From Octopus sinensis (lineage: Eukaryota): a stretch of DNA of 64,000 nt. Positions 13,399 to 27,411 of this stretch are shown one piece after another (positions within the stretch are counted from its first letter, which is position 1; each line of letters starts with the position of its first letter). The notes under the pieces were generated by a model that worked only from the letters and a program-made list of their open reading frames with translations, made no database searches and was not told where the DNA came from. The DNA is taken from NCBI RefSeq assembly GCF_006345805.1, contig NC_043000.1:62930001-62994000 (forward strand), given 5' to 3'. The translations under genes were made by a program, and so were the position numbers.

Positions 13399-14234
13399 CT
13401 CTGTATCTCCCTCTCCTTCCCTCTCTCTGAACGTAGTTAGAATTGCGATTAGTATACTTCCCTGATTATTGTTCTATTGTGGCAAGACAATATTTCAGCT
13501 CTAAACACCTGTTGATCCTGGGTCTCTGCCGTTGTTACAGAGGCAAACATTTCCGATGGCGTCCAGAAAGATAAGGCCATTTGCACGTTTTGCAAGCTTT
13601 CACACTGCCACTAAAACATTTTAATCTCCCGATATCTCTTCTAACGATATAAAAATAAATCGAAGAGGAGAAAACTTCTATATGGTCTCTCGACCAGCTA
13701 AAGTAGCAGCAACGTTTCCTACAAATCACACCCTCATGTCATAATTGAGAATGGATTCATTGATCAATGATCTCTTTGATATATCAGATAACAAAATGGT
13801 TATGGCTGGAGCGCTATCGTAAGTCAGCTCGATATAATACATACATACAAGTGTGCAAGCACATATATATGTGCGTATGTGTCCGTGTGTATGTTTGTGC
13901 ATGTAACCAACTTGAATGTTCGTATGTAGATAATGTAAAGTGGGTTGAAAATTTACCTTTTGGCAATTTGGAAATAAAGTAGTTTTCTCGGCATTAATTT
14001 CTTAATGCTTTGCATGTTTTGAATTTGAGAACATTTTCTTTATTCTCTTAATAAATGTTTCTCTAATTTTCACTTGATTTGTTTTCGTAACTTAACCATG
14101 TGCACTAACATTTAACATTTGAGCTAACGAAAGACTGCTGGAAATAACAACTGAATCTCACTGAAGTCTACCTAACCGCCATAAAAAAAAAAGGTATAAG
14201 CGGATAATGCAGTCATTATTATACATTGTGGTAA

Positions 14235-14420
14235 GGGGGCGAGCTGGCTGAATCGTTAGCATGCAGGGCGAAATGCTTAGCGGCATTTCGTCCGTCCTCA
14301 TGTTCTGAGTTCAAATTCCATCGAGGCCCCCTTTACCACTCATCCTTTTGGGGTCGATATAACAAGAACTAGTTGAGTACTGAGGTCGATATAATCTGGT
14401 CTGGTGCCAAAATTTAAAAT
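14235..14420 (+). mobile_element. SINE family B
   Basis: GGGCGAGCTGGCTGAATCGTTAGC...GAGTTCAAATTCC head. Confidence 0.75.
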
Positions 14421-15036
14421 CATTATTATACATTATGTTTCAAAACGAAATGTATGATGTCATATGGAATATCGTTAATCAGGAGTCTGCTCCTCCAAGG
14501 TGGGCCTGGTACTAAATAAAAGAAACACTCACAACCTATATGAAAACTTTTATGCTTGTAGGTCCCACTAGAAACAGCAGTATATTCTTCCCCAATTGTT
14601 CATTTTACCGTCTTAAGACGGAAAGAAATTGTTTAATGTAGTCGTAGGTACACTATGCCTAAAAACAATACAAGTCTTATCAATCTCGAGTAAACCGTCA
14701 TGTCTGATTCATTCTCGGGCAGGGATCAGCGTGGGCTGCTGACATAGAACGATGAATTGTCAACCAACCTATACATCATCTGCTAAGAACTGCCCAAATG
14801 CGACGCCAGTAGTGAATGGTTGTCATGAAAGTTACCAGTATTTAGTCATTGATATGATAGCGCTGAAAGGGAAAGTTGGAGGTGTGATAGGATGGGAATT
14901 TGGCCGTTGAATCTAGCAAGTGAAGTAACCGCATAGATAGCACCCACGTCGACTCTAGGTTTTAAAAGTGTTGCTACGATTACTTTAAGGATAATATCCT
15001 CTTGATCTCTTTAGAGTTGTTAATGAAGTGAGTTAT

Positions 15037-15420
15037 GGATGGAAGCACTCCGTCGGTTACGACGACGAGGGTTCCGGTTGATCCGATCAACGGAACAGCC
15101 TGCTCGTGAAATTAACGTGTAAGTAGCTGAGCACTCCACAGACACGTGTACCCTTAACGTAGTTCTCGGGGATATTCAGCGTGACACAGAGAGTGACAAG
15201 GCCGGCCCTTTGAAATACAGGTACAACAGAAACAGGAAGTAAAAGTGAGAGAAAGTTGTGGTGAAAGAGTACAGCAGGGATCACCACCATCCCTGCCGGA
15301 GCCTCGTGGAGCTTTAGGTGTTTTCGCTCAATAAACACTCACAACGCCCGGTCTGGGAATCGAAACCGCGATCCTACGACCGCGAGTCCGCTGTCCTAAC
15401 CACTGGGCCATTGCGCCTCC
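15037..15420 (-). mobile_element. SINE family C, full length
   Basis: Minus-strand head GGCGCAATGGCCCAGTGG (A box) ... GTTTCGATTCC (B box). Probable TSD AGTG(A/G)GTTAT at 15027-15036 and 15421-15430. Confidence 0.88.
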
Positions 15421-16179
15421 AGTGGGTTATAGCTTCAGTATGACAATAGCAAGCATATATAGTTATGATTTAAGAAACCTCAGATATTTTCAAAAACTTA
15501 AATCAGATAATATAAAGCAATTTTTTTGCTCTTCAATGAATAAAAGATATGACTATGTTCAAGCAAGATAGCCAACTGTCTATGAAAAGAACATTATTTA
15601 AATTGCAGGTAATTTAGTAACAGTTACAGAGGATATCCGCCATGATATTTACTGTTTAAAAAACATGCTGAATTGCAAAACCCACTATTCTATATAAATG
15701 ATAGATTACTATTTATAGTTTTCCATGTATGTGTGTTATCTAGAACATAATATCAATGAAAACAGCCAACTGCATTCAGTGAATTTTGTGATACTTGATG
15801 ATTTGGCAATAATTGTATGCAGTTGGGTCGGTGTAATTTGCCGTCCACGCCAGTGAGGTTATTGACTACATTCCCTTAAATAGAATCAATTGTCCTTGAT
15901 ATATTCAAATAATTCCATACTCTAAAACACACACACACACACACACACACATCATCTCTCTCGTAAGGTAATATCCAGAAATGGAAAAATCGGCGTGGAT
16001 TTGCACCCGTAACAAGTAGAGCGGTAATGAAAGAAAATGTAAATAATTGTAGTGTAAAAATAATCGCCGTGAGGAAAAGAAAAAAATGTTGATGTTTTAA
16101 GCACAGGCACTCAATCAAGGAGGAAAAGAGAAATTATTCTGTGTGTTGTTAAACATGTGTCAAAATAATAATCCTTTCT

Positions 16180-16350
16180 ACTATCTGAACAAGGCCTCGA
16201 ATTTTGAGAGAGGGAATCAGACGATTCCAGCGACTCCAATATTCAACTGGTACTTATTTTATCGACCCTGAAAGGATGAAAGGCAATATCGACCTCGCGG
16301 CATTTGAACTCTGAATGTAAAGCGGACGAAATACCGTTAAACATTTTGTT
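16180..16350 (-). mobile_element. SINE family B, degenerate
   Basis: TACTTATTTTATCGACCCTGAAAGGATGAAAGGCAA...TTTGAACTCTGAA block. Confidence 0.7.
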
Positions 16351-17190
16351 CAGTGTATATTTCATAACTGATATACAGTTATTTCATTTTGCTTACGATT
16401 TTCTGTTTTAGCCAAATATTAGGACAGAAATAATTATTGCATGCCCTCGGCACACTAATACAGACAAGCCCCACGTCAATCCTGATCAAACTAACTTATA
16501 ATCAAAGGCAGTCCTTTTGTCGTTTGTTGTTATGGATAGTGTATATCTAGCATAGTGTATATCTATTACCAAATGCAGCCTTCTTTAAGATAGAAGGTGT
16601 AAGTTATGGGATATTTCGCTGCTATATCTAGTAAACTGAGCGACCAAGTAGAACCTACCACGTTTGCTTACAGGCTCATGTAACGTATACCATTCATCAT
16701 TCATGTACGTACACGGTAGAACGTATATATTTCATGATTTTAAGCATTAAAAATACGGCTCTGAATTGTTTCTTAGGATGAATCACATGGCAATAACCTC
16801 GTCTTTATTTACATAATAAGACTCAGAGGTATGAATAATAACGTTGCCATATTTTGAAATACAATACTCAGTGGAATTAAAAAATTTTGATTATGAAAGG
16901 TTGAAGTATTAAGCTATTGATTGTTAATGAGATTACATCGTATCAGACGTCAAGGTCTTGAAATGTTTCTGAGTAGAAAAGAGGGAACATAGCCACACGT
17001 CTTTTCACTGGAAAACAAAGACAATTTTGAAGAGGTATAACTACAGAAGAGTGCACGAACCACATACCGATTTTGCTTCCCCATAACATTCTTTAATATG
17101 CATAAAATATATTTTCATTAAGTTTTCCAGAGACACATGCAAGATGGTGTACATTACGTGTAGTTTACACTTATACCAGAAGGAGTTTAA

Positions 17191-17231
<41 letters not shown>

Positions 17232-17303
17232 ATATCATCATCATCATGAAGAGATTTGGATACACCCCTAGTTCCTACTTTGTTTCCACATAAAATTCTT
17301 TAA

Positions 17304-17474
<171 letters not shown>

Positions 17475-17853
17475 TAAAGAATGCCTGGAAATACATTATC
17501 CAGTGTTTACTGATACTTTTTACGACGGTAGAGGATGATCTGAAAGAGATTCAGCTATAATTTCTGGCCGGTCGAACAACTACATTGAGGCTCCATCATT
17601 TGTTTGTATCTATTCCATAAACTGAAAAGCAGGAAGAAGAAGAATACACGTACATTGATGGCTGATAAAAAATAATGGACGTCTAGCGTAAAAGACTTCA
17701 ATAATGCCCAAGCGATCTGACAATAACAACGTATGTAACTAATTGGAACCACTTTATTTCACTACAACGAACATATTATTTTAAAACTTCACCAGCAAAA
17801 CAAACAGCAGAATAATCGAGAAAAGAACACACGTCAGACAACATGCCTAGACA

Positions 17854-17886
<33 letters not shown>

Positions 17887-18122
17887 CAACAACACACCAC
17901 ACCCACACACACACACGACACGAAAAATGAGAAGAGAGAGAGGTAGAGAGAGAGAGAGAGATGAAGAGAGAGAGAGAGAGAGAGAGAATGAAATGAAGTA
18001 TCGTTTTATATAATCACGGATACAAGGCTAAGAAATGGTTAAAGTTCTGAAAGTTAGGAGGTCCCAGAAGCATTCATGATTTTATATCTTCAGTTTTATA
18101 TCCTTGCTTGTTTGTGTGTGTG

Positions 18123-18163
<41 letters not shown>

Positions 18164-18184
18164 TGTGTGTGTGTTTGAATACAC

Positions 18185-18390
18185 ATAAGCAAGTTTATAT
18201 ATAGCTGAAATTTTAGAAAAACACAAGACGAAGACAGATGTATGAACAAGCAAGTATATTAGTTTGACGCACGGGAAAATGAAAAAGTCTTTTACGTTTT
18301 GCGCCTACGCTCTCCAACAGAAAGGAGTAAGAGAAAATAAACAGCGAGAATGAAACATTTGTAGATTTCAACGGTCCAGCATGGAGAGGG
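18185..18390 (-). repeat. Second, decayed copy of the 11560-11775 hammerhead-bearing repeat
   Basis: AAGTCTTTTACGTTTTGCGCCTACGCTCTCCAACAGAAAG versus AAGTCTTTAACGTTTCGAGCCTACGCTCTTCAACAGAAAG. G12 and A9 are mutated in this copy. Confidence 0.65.
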
Positions 18391-18712
18391 AGAGCGAGAG
18401 AGAGTGAGAGGGAGCTCCGAGTCCAAATCTACTCGGAGTCAACTTTGCCTTTCATCCTTTTGGGGACAGTTGACAGACGGAACTGTAAGAACAGGACGCC
18501 TTCTAGTATTTGTTCTGGCTCTTTGCGTTCTGAGTTCAAAGCTCGCCCTTGGCTGCTTGGATGATAGACTTCTCTCGTTTAACCCGGCAGCAAGGATGCC
18601 TTTAGTGTCCGTGGTGCCTTTAATCCAATCTTTTGCAAGCATTTGGACCAGGTTTCAGATTTGAGGATACCCTCCCCAATCTCTCTCTCACACACGCATA
18701 CACACACACGCA

Positions 18713-18781
<69 letters not shown>

Positions 18782-19749
18782 GAATCTGTCTCTGCAATGG
18801 TTATAGTCACTACCTTCTGTCCTGGCTATAAGAAAAAACGAAACCATTATAAATACACGTGCGCCTTCACACGTGTTCATATAACTTAAGAATTGGAGCA
18901 TTACTGGTCCCGGACATGTTCATACGCACACATTGAGTATGTGTGTTTTTGTGTGTATCATCATTATTATCGTTTAACTTTTCTAAGCTCGCATGAATCG
19001 GGCGAAATTTGTTGAGGCAGATTTTACATAGCTGGAGACCCTTCCTGTCATCAATCCTCTTCCGTTTCCACGTAAGTAAGGTAATAAATAATTCCTCATT
19101 GTCAGACATTTTTTTCACGGAAGATTGGGAACAATGAACATTGCTGTATGGCAGCGAAACTCGTTTACAGCCTTCAAGCTATGTCAAGACAAGTAGACAC
19201 GGATCTTTTCTGTTATGTTTTGGAATTTTCAGAAAATTTTTGCGAATTTGTAGTCTACACACGGGAATTCATACGATTGTGCAAAAACAAAGAAACATTT
19301 TTATGAGAGATTTAAGTCCTATTATTTTTAGCACATCTCAAGACCACCTCATACCTCATGTATTTTAAGCATTTTAAGCATTACCACGTGGGTAAGCAAC
19401 CTATATGTCTGTGGCTTTCGATTGGCTAAAACTAACCTAAATTTGCAAACATTAAAATATAACAAAACAAACCGACAGACAAAATATATTAATTCTTTAT
19501 TTGTTGAATTATTGAAAAGTGAATTTCTTGTCAATGATTACCATACAAAACTATATCAACATACCAACATACCAAATATGAAATCAATTGGAACAACATA
19601 CCAAATATGAAATCAACATACCAAATATGAAATCAATTGGAACAAAAATTGAAGAAATTGAAAAGTGACAGCCAAACGTAAAACATCCGTAAACATCAAA
19701 TCATGCGCACATATTTATAAAGCATATGTATGTGTACGGTGATCTTCTT

Positions 19750-19890
19750 TCAATTCCCGCCTTTTAGACCCACTCACAAGTCTTTAGTTGACTCCGGGTT
19801 ATAGAAAAAATTCGGCCGAGGCGCTTCGCTGCAGGACTGAACTCGGAACCATATGGCCATATGACTGGGAAGCAAACCCTATATCCACAC
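19750..19890 (-). mobile_element. SINE family A 5' half, degenerate
   Basis: GGACTGAACTCGGAACCAT...TGGGAAGCAAAC matches the family A head. Confidence 0.55.
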
Positions 19891-20039
19891 CAGCGCATAC
19901 AACACACACAGACATGTGTGTGTGTGTGTGTGTGTGTCTATGTCTATATACATGCGTACATTCATGCTGATCATGGTAATCTCTGGTAGCTCGAGAAAGA
20001 CGGTTCCGCATTTTCTTGTAGAACCAGCACAAATGATTT

Positions 20040-20320
20040 ATTTATAGTGATCAGATGTTTGTGCTGTATGTGGGACCACGTTTGGCCCTGCCTGCTTTAG
20101 ATTCGAAACCGAGTACATTAACTCACACCCCCGCCCCATCAAATCGACGTTGCCAGAACAGGTGAAACGTGTACCATATGTCAGGTGTCGAAGTAATAGC
20201 AGAGCAACGTGGGAGTGTTTCGCTTAATAATACAACTCACCAACCAGTTCAGGAATTAAAATCACAATCTCGCGATCGTAAGCACAGCATCCTAACCACT
20301 AGGCCAGGCGCCCTCACGCG
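20040..20320 (-). mobile_element. SINE family C variant
   Basis: Minus-strand head GGGCGCCTGGCCTAGTGGTTAGG...TACGATCGCGAG. Body is shared with 6690-6860. Confidence 0.7.
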
Positions 20321-22319
20321 TTACATAATGCTTAAATAGATAAATGACATTGATCCATTAATCAATATATAGTCCAATATCTGAACTTACAGAAAAGAAA
20401 GTAAAAAAAAAAGACAATTTTAAAATATAACAAAACAAACCGACAGACAAAAGGAAAAAAGAATAACGACTTCACAAAAAATAAAATAAAACACATCGAA
20501 GAGTGTCTATTATTTAGTTCAGCAGTTACGGTAGTCAGGCGTTATGTAGGTGTCACGGTATAAAATTAACAGACGACAGCCTAGTCGTTAAACACAACAA
20601 ACCCTTTCATACAACACACGTCTGAATGAAAGCAGTTATTCAGAGACTAACCTAACTCAAGCTTCTCAGTGAGTTGCATACATGCTTCTACTTTCTACCG
20701 GAATAGTTTAGTTTTTAACTAGTAGCAAATTGTACACCCCGATATAATAACCCATATAACCTTCATTTCCTTCTTCCTCGAGACTTTGAAACTTTTGTAA
20801 ACTGCTAACAGATAGTTTTATCACTTCTGTTAATCTAAATTGAATAATTTAGATGGATGGAAAAGGAAGAGAGAGAGAGAGAGAAAAGAAAACACTGACT
20901 TTTTTCCTCTCTTCATTTATTTATCTCCTCTCTCTCTCTCTCACCTTCTCTGTATGTGTGTGTGTGTGTGTGTTGTGTGTGTGTGTGGTGTGTGTGTGTG
21001 TGTGTGTGTATGTGGGCATGTGTGCCTATCTCTTGTTTTCCTACTTCTAAATCCAAAAATTTCCTGGAATATCATCATCATACACATTATACACACACAT
21101 ATATATATACATATGTTCATATACGTGTGTGTGTGTGTGTGTGTAGTCTTAATGTGAAATGAGATCTGGTGCAAATCTCATCGGCTATTCTTGTTGCATG
21201 CCTTCAGGATCAGCTCTAATTGAGCAGATCTGTCTAATCAAAAGCATTCAAGTCGTGACCATCCCGTCTGTCTTTTAGTCAGTGTTCATTTAGCTAGAAC
21301 AGATTTATCTAATCTGACCTTCCAAGACAGTGGAGTAAGGTGAAATTAGAGAGAATGTGACTGCTGTTTCTAGCCAGTAGAAGGACGGCGTAAAATCTCT
21401 TTGTTGGTACTTTTCAAAAGCTAATTGGGTCGTAGTGGTACAATTAGATTACTCTTTGCAAGTCAGCCTCGAGTAAACCCCACATCTCCCTCTCTCCCTA
21501 GGGAGGTAGTACTTGCACTAATTACCTCAAGCAGCAAAATGCATAATTGTCTAATGTTCCTTTTTTGGCATCTATTCACAACTAGGGTAGATAGAATGAG
21601 AAATTTACAAAACTTAAGTGCCTTAAGCACCCATCGCAATATCAGTGATAACATGCGAAACGAACTGATGCTAACTTGCCAGTTAGGCTCACGAGAGAAA
21701 AACTTACGTGGTCATTAAACATACTAGAAATAATAGCCAAATCTACTCCAAGTCACATACCCTACAGTCTTAAAATAAGAAGATAACAGGGTTGTGAGTT
21801 TGGATTACAGGTAGTACATAAAGCTACTTTTGTGGGGTGTGGTGCACACTACTATTTTTGTTGTGTGGAGATGCGGAAGAGTTACAGGGGTTACAGGTTA
21901 CTTTGATATTTTAATTATTAAATGAAAGAAACCTACTGAACTCTACATTAAATTTTCATTCAGAATCGACTTACAGACCATCATATATATTTGTGTGTGT
22001 GTGATAATTAGCGGTTCAGCAAAAGAGACCGATAGAATAAGTAACAGACTTTTTTCTAAAAAACCAAGTACACGGATCGATTTGTCCGACTAAACACTTC
22101 TGGGCAGTGCACCAGTTTAGTCGCAGATAGACAGATCTATCGACAGACAGACAGACAGACAGACAGATAGACAGACAGACAGATAGACAGACAGATAGAT
22201 AGATAGATAGATAGAAGATAGATAGATAGATAGATAGATAGTTCTAATAATGAAGTCAAACCAAACTGATATTCTGAAATCATTTAATCAAAAATAATAA
22301 TACCATGCACCGCTTCTTA

Positions 22320-22362
<43 letters not shown>

Positions 22363-22464
22363 GTGTGTGTGTGTGTGTGTGTGTGCGTGCGCGCGTATAG
22401 TAGTAGTAAGTAGTAGTAGTTAGTAGTAGTAGTAGTAGTAACAGCAGCAGCAGCAGACGTAGTG

Positions 22465-22503
<39 letters not shown>

Positions 22504-23561
22504 TTTAATTTTCTCTTCGGGTTACTTCCTAACACAATCTGTTGCGTTTATGAAAATTTTATCGCGCTTTTTATGAAAGTGATCTTGCAATCCTGGGTTG
22601 AATAATATGATGTTGGCTTCATTGTGCCCAAGAAAAAAAGGTGGGATGGGCCTTAACCAAAAGGCTTTCTCAGTTATATATGGTTGCCTATTCAAAGATG
22701 AACAGGAATTAAACGACAAAAGCATATGTTAACTCTCCTGTACTAGTGAAGCCAGCTGTACAAGTATAATTATTACGGCTATGGCGGCACTAATAAACCA
22801 TCCTTGCTCTAATTCTAACCCTAATCCATAAAATAAACAACGTCACAATAAAGTAGAAATCAGGCGGCAACCACTCAGAGAGAGAAAGTGAGAGAGAGTA
22901 TCTACGGGGTTGTTTGATATGCTAGAAATAGCAGTCAAATCCTAGGCAAACCGTACACACTGCATTCTCTCGTGGTTTCTAATTTAGGCACAAGGCCAGT
23001 AATTTTGAAGGAATAGGATTAATAGATATCATTGACCCCTGTACTTGAATAGTACTTTGTTTTGCCGACTACAGTCTAAAATGATAAATATTAGACAAAC
23101 AGGTTTTAAAAATATTAAACAGATCTATAAATATTAGACAAACAGGTCAAATAGTTTCTATTTAATAATTTTGACCAAAAATAGATGGGCTGGTCGAAAC
23201 TGGATTACAATGACTTTTATCATTGGTCAGCTCCATGAAAAACATACGTATTTTGTTGTTGCTACATTTGTTTGACCCCTGGTCACTCAAGGGTTTAACA
23301 GGAACAACCAACAAAGAGCCAGCGGGCGAACTTCTAAGTGAGCGCTTACTTTGCTAGAAATAGCAGCCGAATCTCTCCTAAACTCCACTCTAATGTCTTT
23401 AAGAATAAAAGGACTTGTGAGATAATATAATTCGACTATACACGTGTGTGTGTCTGTTTGTATGTATGTATGTATGTATGTATGTATATATATATACACA
23501 CACATACACACACACACATACACACACACACATATATATATAGGGAGAGTTTACGAAAACT

Positions 23562-23593
<32 letters not shown>

Positions 23594-23990
23594 GTATGTG
23601 TGTGTATGTATGCATGCATGTATGTATGTATATGTATATCTAAAAAGAAGATAAGTTAAGTTTCACTAAACCTGTTTCAGATGTTTTTTATTGATGAATA
23701 ATTCGATTGATTTTTTTTTTATGTAAACACCATACCTGGAACTTTAACTTTGTCGAATCTGGAATTTACATTAGATCTGAAACTGCAGCCCAGTGTGCAT
23801 GGGTATATAGTTTAATGCACATGTATATCAATATGTATGTGTATACAGATGTGTGCATGTACATGTATGTGTAAGTGCATGAATACAATACACCCAGATG
23901 TGCGGATCTCGGTCTTCACTCGGTGTCCTTAAATATTAAAATATCTTGATTCAAATGAATGCAACAAATAATTAATATGTGTGTGTTTGG

Positions 23991-24037
<47 letters not shown>

Positions 24038-24049
24038 TACATATGTATG

Positions 24050-24210
24050 CGTATTCGACGGGTTTCCCTGCAATTTCCGTCTACCAAAGGCACTTACAAA
24101 GCATTGGTTGGTCCGGGGTTAGAATATTATAATAGAAGACACTTGCCTAAAGTACTGCGCAGTGGGACTGAACCCGAAGCTCACGTTCTTGTAAGCTTCT
24201 TAACCACAGT
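24050..24210 (-). mobile_element. SINE family A 5' half
   Basis: TTTCCGTCTACCAAA...AGAAGACACTTGCC...GCAGTGGGACTGAACCC. Confidence 0.7.
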
Positions 24211-24423
24211 CATACTTTTTGATGATATATTATGCATGTAAAATATTTTTTTTAAAAGGGGAAGCGAAGTAGTCACGGTTGAAAGGTCACTGATTAAGGA
24301 TCTGCTTTACAAGAGATGAGTTGGGACTTAATAACATCCAACAGTTTCAGTGTTTACTTCTTTACAAACAACTCCCAGCAAAGCCGTCTTATCAGTGATT
24401 TGGACCCTTTAATATTTATTTAA

Positions 24424-24645
24424 GGCGGCGATCTGGCAGAAACGTTAGCACGCCGGGCGAAATGCTTAGCAGTATTTCCTCTGTCTTTTACGTTCTGAGT
24501 TCAAATTCCGCCGAGGTCAACTTTGCCTTTCATCCTTTCGAGGTCGATAAATTAAAGTACCAGTTGCGTACTGGGGTCGATCTAATCGATTGCCCCCCCC
24601 CCCATCACCCAAAATTTCGAGCCTCGTGCCTAGAGTAGAAAAGAA
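24424..24645 (+). mobile_element. SINE family B, full length
   Basis: GGCGGCGATCTGGCAGAAACGTTAGC...GAGTTCAAATTCCGCCGAGG through to the tail. Confidence 0.85.
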
Positions 24646-25154
24646 TATTTATTTATTGGCAGCAGCTACAGCATTCGTAGATCCGAATTAGCTCCTAGAC
24701 TAGTGAGAACAACCACCCATCCCACCCCGGCAACTGACCAGTCTGCCCATTACCTTCAGATTGCTGCATCTCAGTTACATTTGAATTGATTTGGGGTGTT
24801 GTTTGTTGTTGTTTAAGCCTCTGCCTAGATTGCATAGACCTACAATATCAAAAACTTTCCAACCGTCACAATCACATCATTTCAATAAACGGTAGTGCGA
24901 CTTGAAAGGTATCTGGGCGTTATTTCTAGCTGACTGAGCGAGTGACAAAGACACTGCAAATGAAATAAACAAATAAACGAAGGAAATGGAAATAAAGAAG
25001 TTTTGACATTTACACCTTTCCTGAGAATGTTTGTAGCGTCTTTAAGTGAAAAGACTACAAGAGGGAGTCAAAGTAACATCTTAAGACTCGACTCACCGGA
25101 AGTTTACAACTGTTGGTTATAAGGTGTTTGCTTGCCTATTCCTACACACGTATT

Positions 25155-25210
25155 GAAGGAAGGAAGAAAGGAAGGAAGGAAGGACAGAAAGAAAGAAAGA
25201 GAAAGAACGA

Positions 25211-25262
<52 letters not shown>

Positions 25263-25400
25263 AAAAAAGAAAGAAAGAAAGAAAGTAAGAAAGAGGGAAA
25301 GAAAGAAGGGAGGGAGGAAAGAAAGAAGGGAGGGAGGAAAAAGAAAGAAAGAAAGAAAGAAGGGAGGGAGGAAAGAAAGAAAGAAAGAAGGGAGGGAGGA

Positions 25401-25472
<72 letters not shown>

Positions 25473-25510
25473 GCGACAGAAAGAAGGAAGAAAGAAAGAA
25501 AGAAAGAAAT
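25155..25510. repeat. (AAAG/GAAG)n purine tract
   Basis: About 350 bp of imperfect tetranucleotide repeat. Source of the spurious K/E/R-rich and F/L/S-rich ORFs. Confidence 0.95.
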
Positions 25511-25845
25511 AGTTGCATTTCATTTCTGAAATGCAATTATTTCACACCTCTTAAGCGATCTATACTCCTGGAAAATGTATAAAAGCCACAGACTCATATG
25601 TACTTCTTATCGCATGCAGGGTTTCAGCTGCCAATTAACTTTTAGACCGTTCTGTCTTATCATATGTGATACACAGAACATATCTCCCTGGCGTCCACGC
25701 ATCGTGTGATACACAGTTACTTGTTTTTATTTATTTATTTATTCATTCATTCATTTCAATTACCAGAATAACTTAAGAAAGTAAAGCTCTTATTTACTCA
25801 GAAAGTAATGAAACAAGGGCTAATTAAAAGTATGAAAACAAGGAT

Positions 25846-26016
25846 GGCGCAGGAGCGGCTGTGTGGTAAGAAGCTTGCTAACCAACCACATGGTTCTGGG
25901 TTCAGTCCCACTGCGTGGCATCTTGGGCAAGTGTCTTCTGCTATAGCCCCGGGCCGACTAATGCCTTGTGAGTGGATTTGGTAGACGGAAACTGAAAGAA
26001 GCCTGTCGTATATATG

Positions 26017-26051
<35 letters not shown>

Positions 26052-26286
26052 TTGTGTGTCTGTGTTTGTTCCCCTAGCGTTGCTTGACAACCGATGCTGG
26101 TGTGTTTACGTCCCCGTAACTTAGCGGTTCGGCAAAAAGAGACCGATAGAATAAGTACTGGGCTTACAAAAAGAATAAGTCCCGGGGTCGAGTTGCTCGA
26201 CTAAAGGCGGTGCTCCAGCATGGCCGCAGTCAAATGACTGAAACAAGTAAAAGAGTAAAAGAGTAAAAAAGAGAGAGTAAAGAGTA
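25846..26286 (+). mobile_element. SINE family A, full-length reference copy (possibly OK-like)
   Basis: A-box-like GGCTGTGTGG, B-box-like GGTTCAGTCCC, CORE-like CTTGGGCAAGTGTCTT, central (TA)(TG) microsatellite and (AAGAGT)n tail. Confidence 0.9.
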
Positions 26287-26809
26287 TGGATATTCAGAAC
26301 AAACTTATAAAAATGCCTCGGACTGAAAAAAGGGGTAAAACAGAAAACGTCATAGCGAGAGAAACCACCATGTAATTTCAAGCCTTTGTCGAAGTCATAC
26401 TTTTTGCTTGTAAAGAAGAATATTTTAGTTATCAAAGGTTTCAACTCCCAATTAGACCTTACCTCTACTCTAAGTGGTAGCTAAACCTGCTAAATTTTAA
26501 ACTATATGACTAAGACTTCACCAGGTGGTACTATTAAGTTAGACAGGGTCTGGGCTAATACTGGCCGGAACCTATCTTAAGTTATCAAAATTATATAAAT
26601 GTGTGTATATATATAGAGAGAGGGGGGAGAGGGAGAGAGATAGATATATACGTATATATGTATATGTATGTATGTATGTACATTTATAAATGCAATTATA
26701 TATATATATTTACACACACACACACATACATATACATTGCTAGCGTCATCCACATATTTTGAAGACGTCTGCTATATCAGTTTTGTATGTACAGGTGTTG
26801 GGATGGTTC

Positions 26810-27200
26810 ACTTCACAACGCAGTTTCCAGTTCGGACATACTGCGCGGCGCCTTGGCCAAGTGCCTTCAACTTACAGTCCCAAATCTACCCGGTGACTCG
26901 GGGGTGAATTTGGTAGATGGAAGTTTTTCTGTCTGTGTGTGTGTGTCTGTGTGTGTGTGCGCGCGCGCAAGCGTGCGTGTGTGTGTATGTGTGTGAGTCT
27001 GTGTTTGTGAGTGTGGAGGCGTGGGATGTGTGCCTTTGTGTTTGTATTTGTCAATCCACCGCTTAACAACCGGTATTGGTTCGTTTACGTCTCCGTAAAG
27101 TAGTGATTCGGTAAAAGAGAAAAACAACAACGATGGAATAAGTGCCAGACTTCAAATGATAAGTCCTGGTATGAATGTGTTCGACTAAACCCTTCAAGGT
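26810..27200 (+). mobile_element. SINE family A, degenerate
   Basis: CCTTGGCCAAGTGCCTTC ... microsatellite ... TTTACGTCTCCGTAA ... GATAAGTCCTGG. Confidence 0.6.
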
Positions 27201-27241
<41 letters not shown>

Positions 27242-27286
27242 CTCACGCATCCTTTTCCAAGTAAGTTTTATATATATATATATATA

Positions 27287-27411
27287 TAAGGGGTGTATGA
27301 AAAGTTTTCAGCCTTCAAGGCCTTCTTTGAGCCTTGAAGTCTGTACCTTCATCAGAAGTCTTGTGCCATGTTTTGTTTTTTTGAGGTTCAAGACTTTTCA
27401 TACACCCCTCG
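27287..27411. mobile_element. Mariner-type MITE (125 bp)
   Basis: TIRs AGGGGTGTATGAAAAGT / ACTTTTCATACACCCCT(CG), flanked by TA at 27285-86 and 27412-13. Confidence 0.8.

Noticed and set aside
15340-15420. tRNA gene
   Set aside because: The A and B boxes belong to a SINE head that continues into the SINE body; no complete cloverleaf acceptor stem.
19566-19643. AACATACCAAATATGAAATC / AATTGGAAC minisatellite
   Set aside because: Short local slippage duplication with no further structure.
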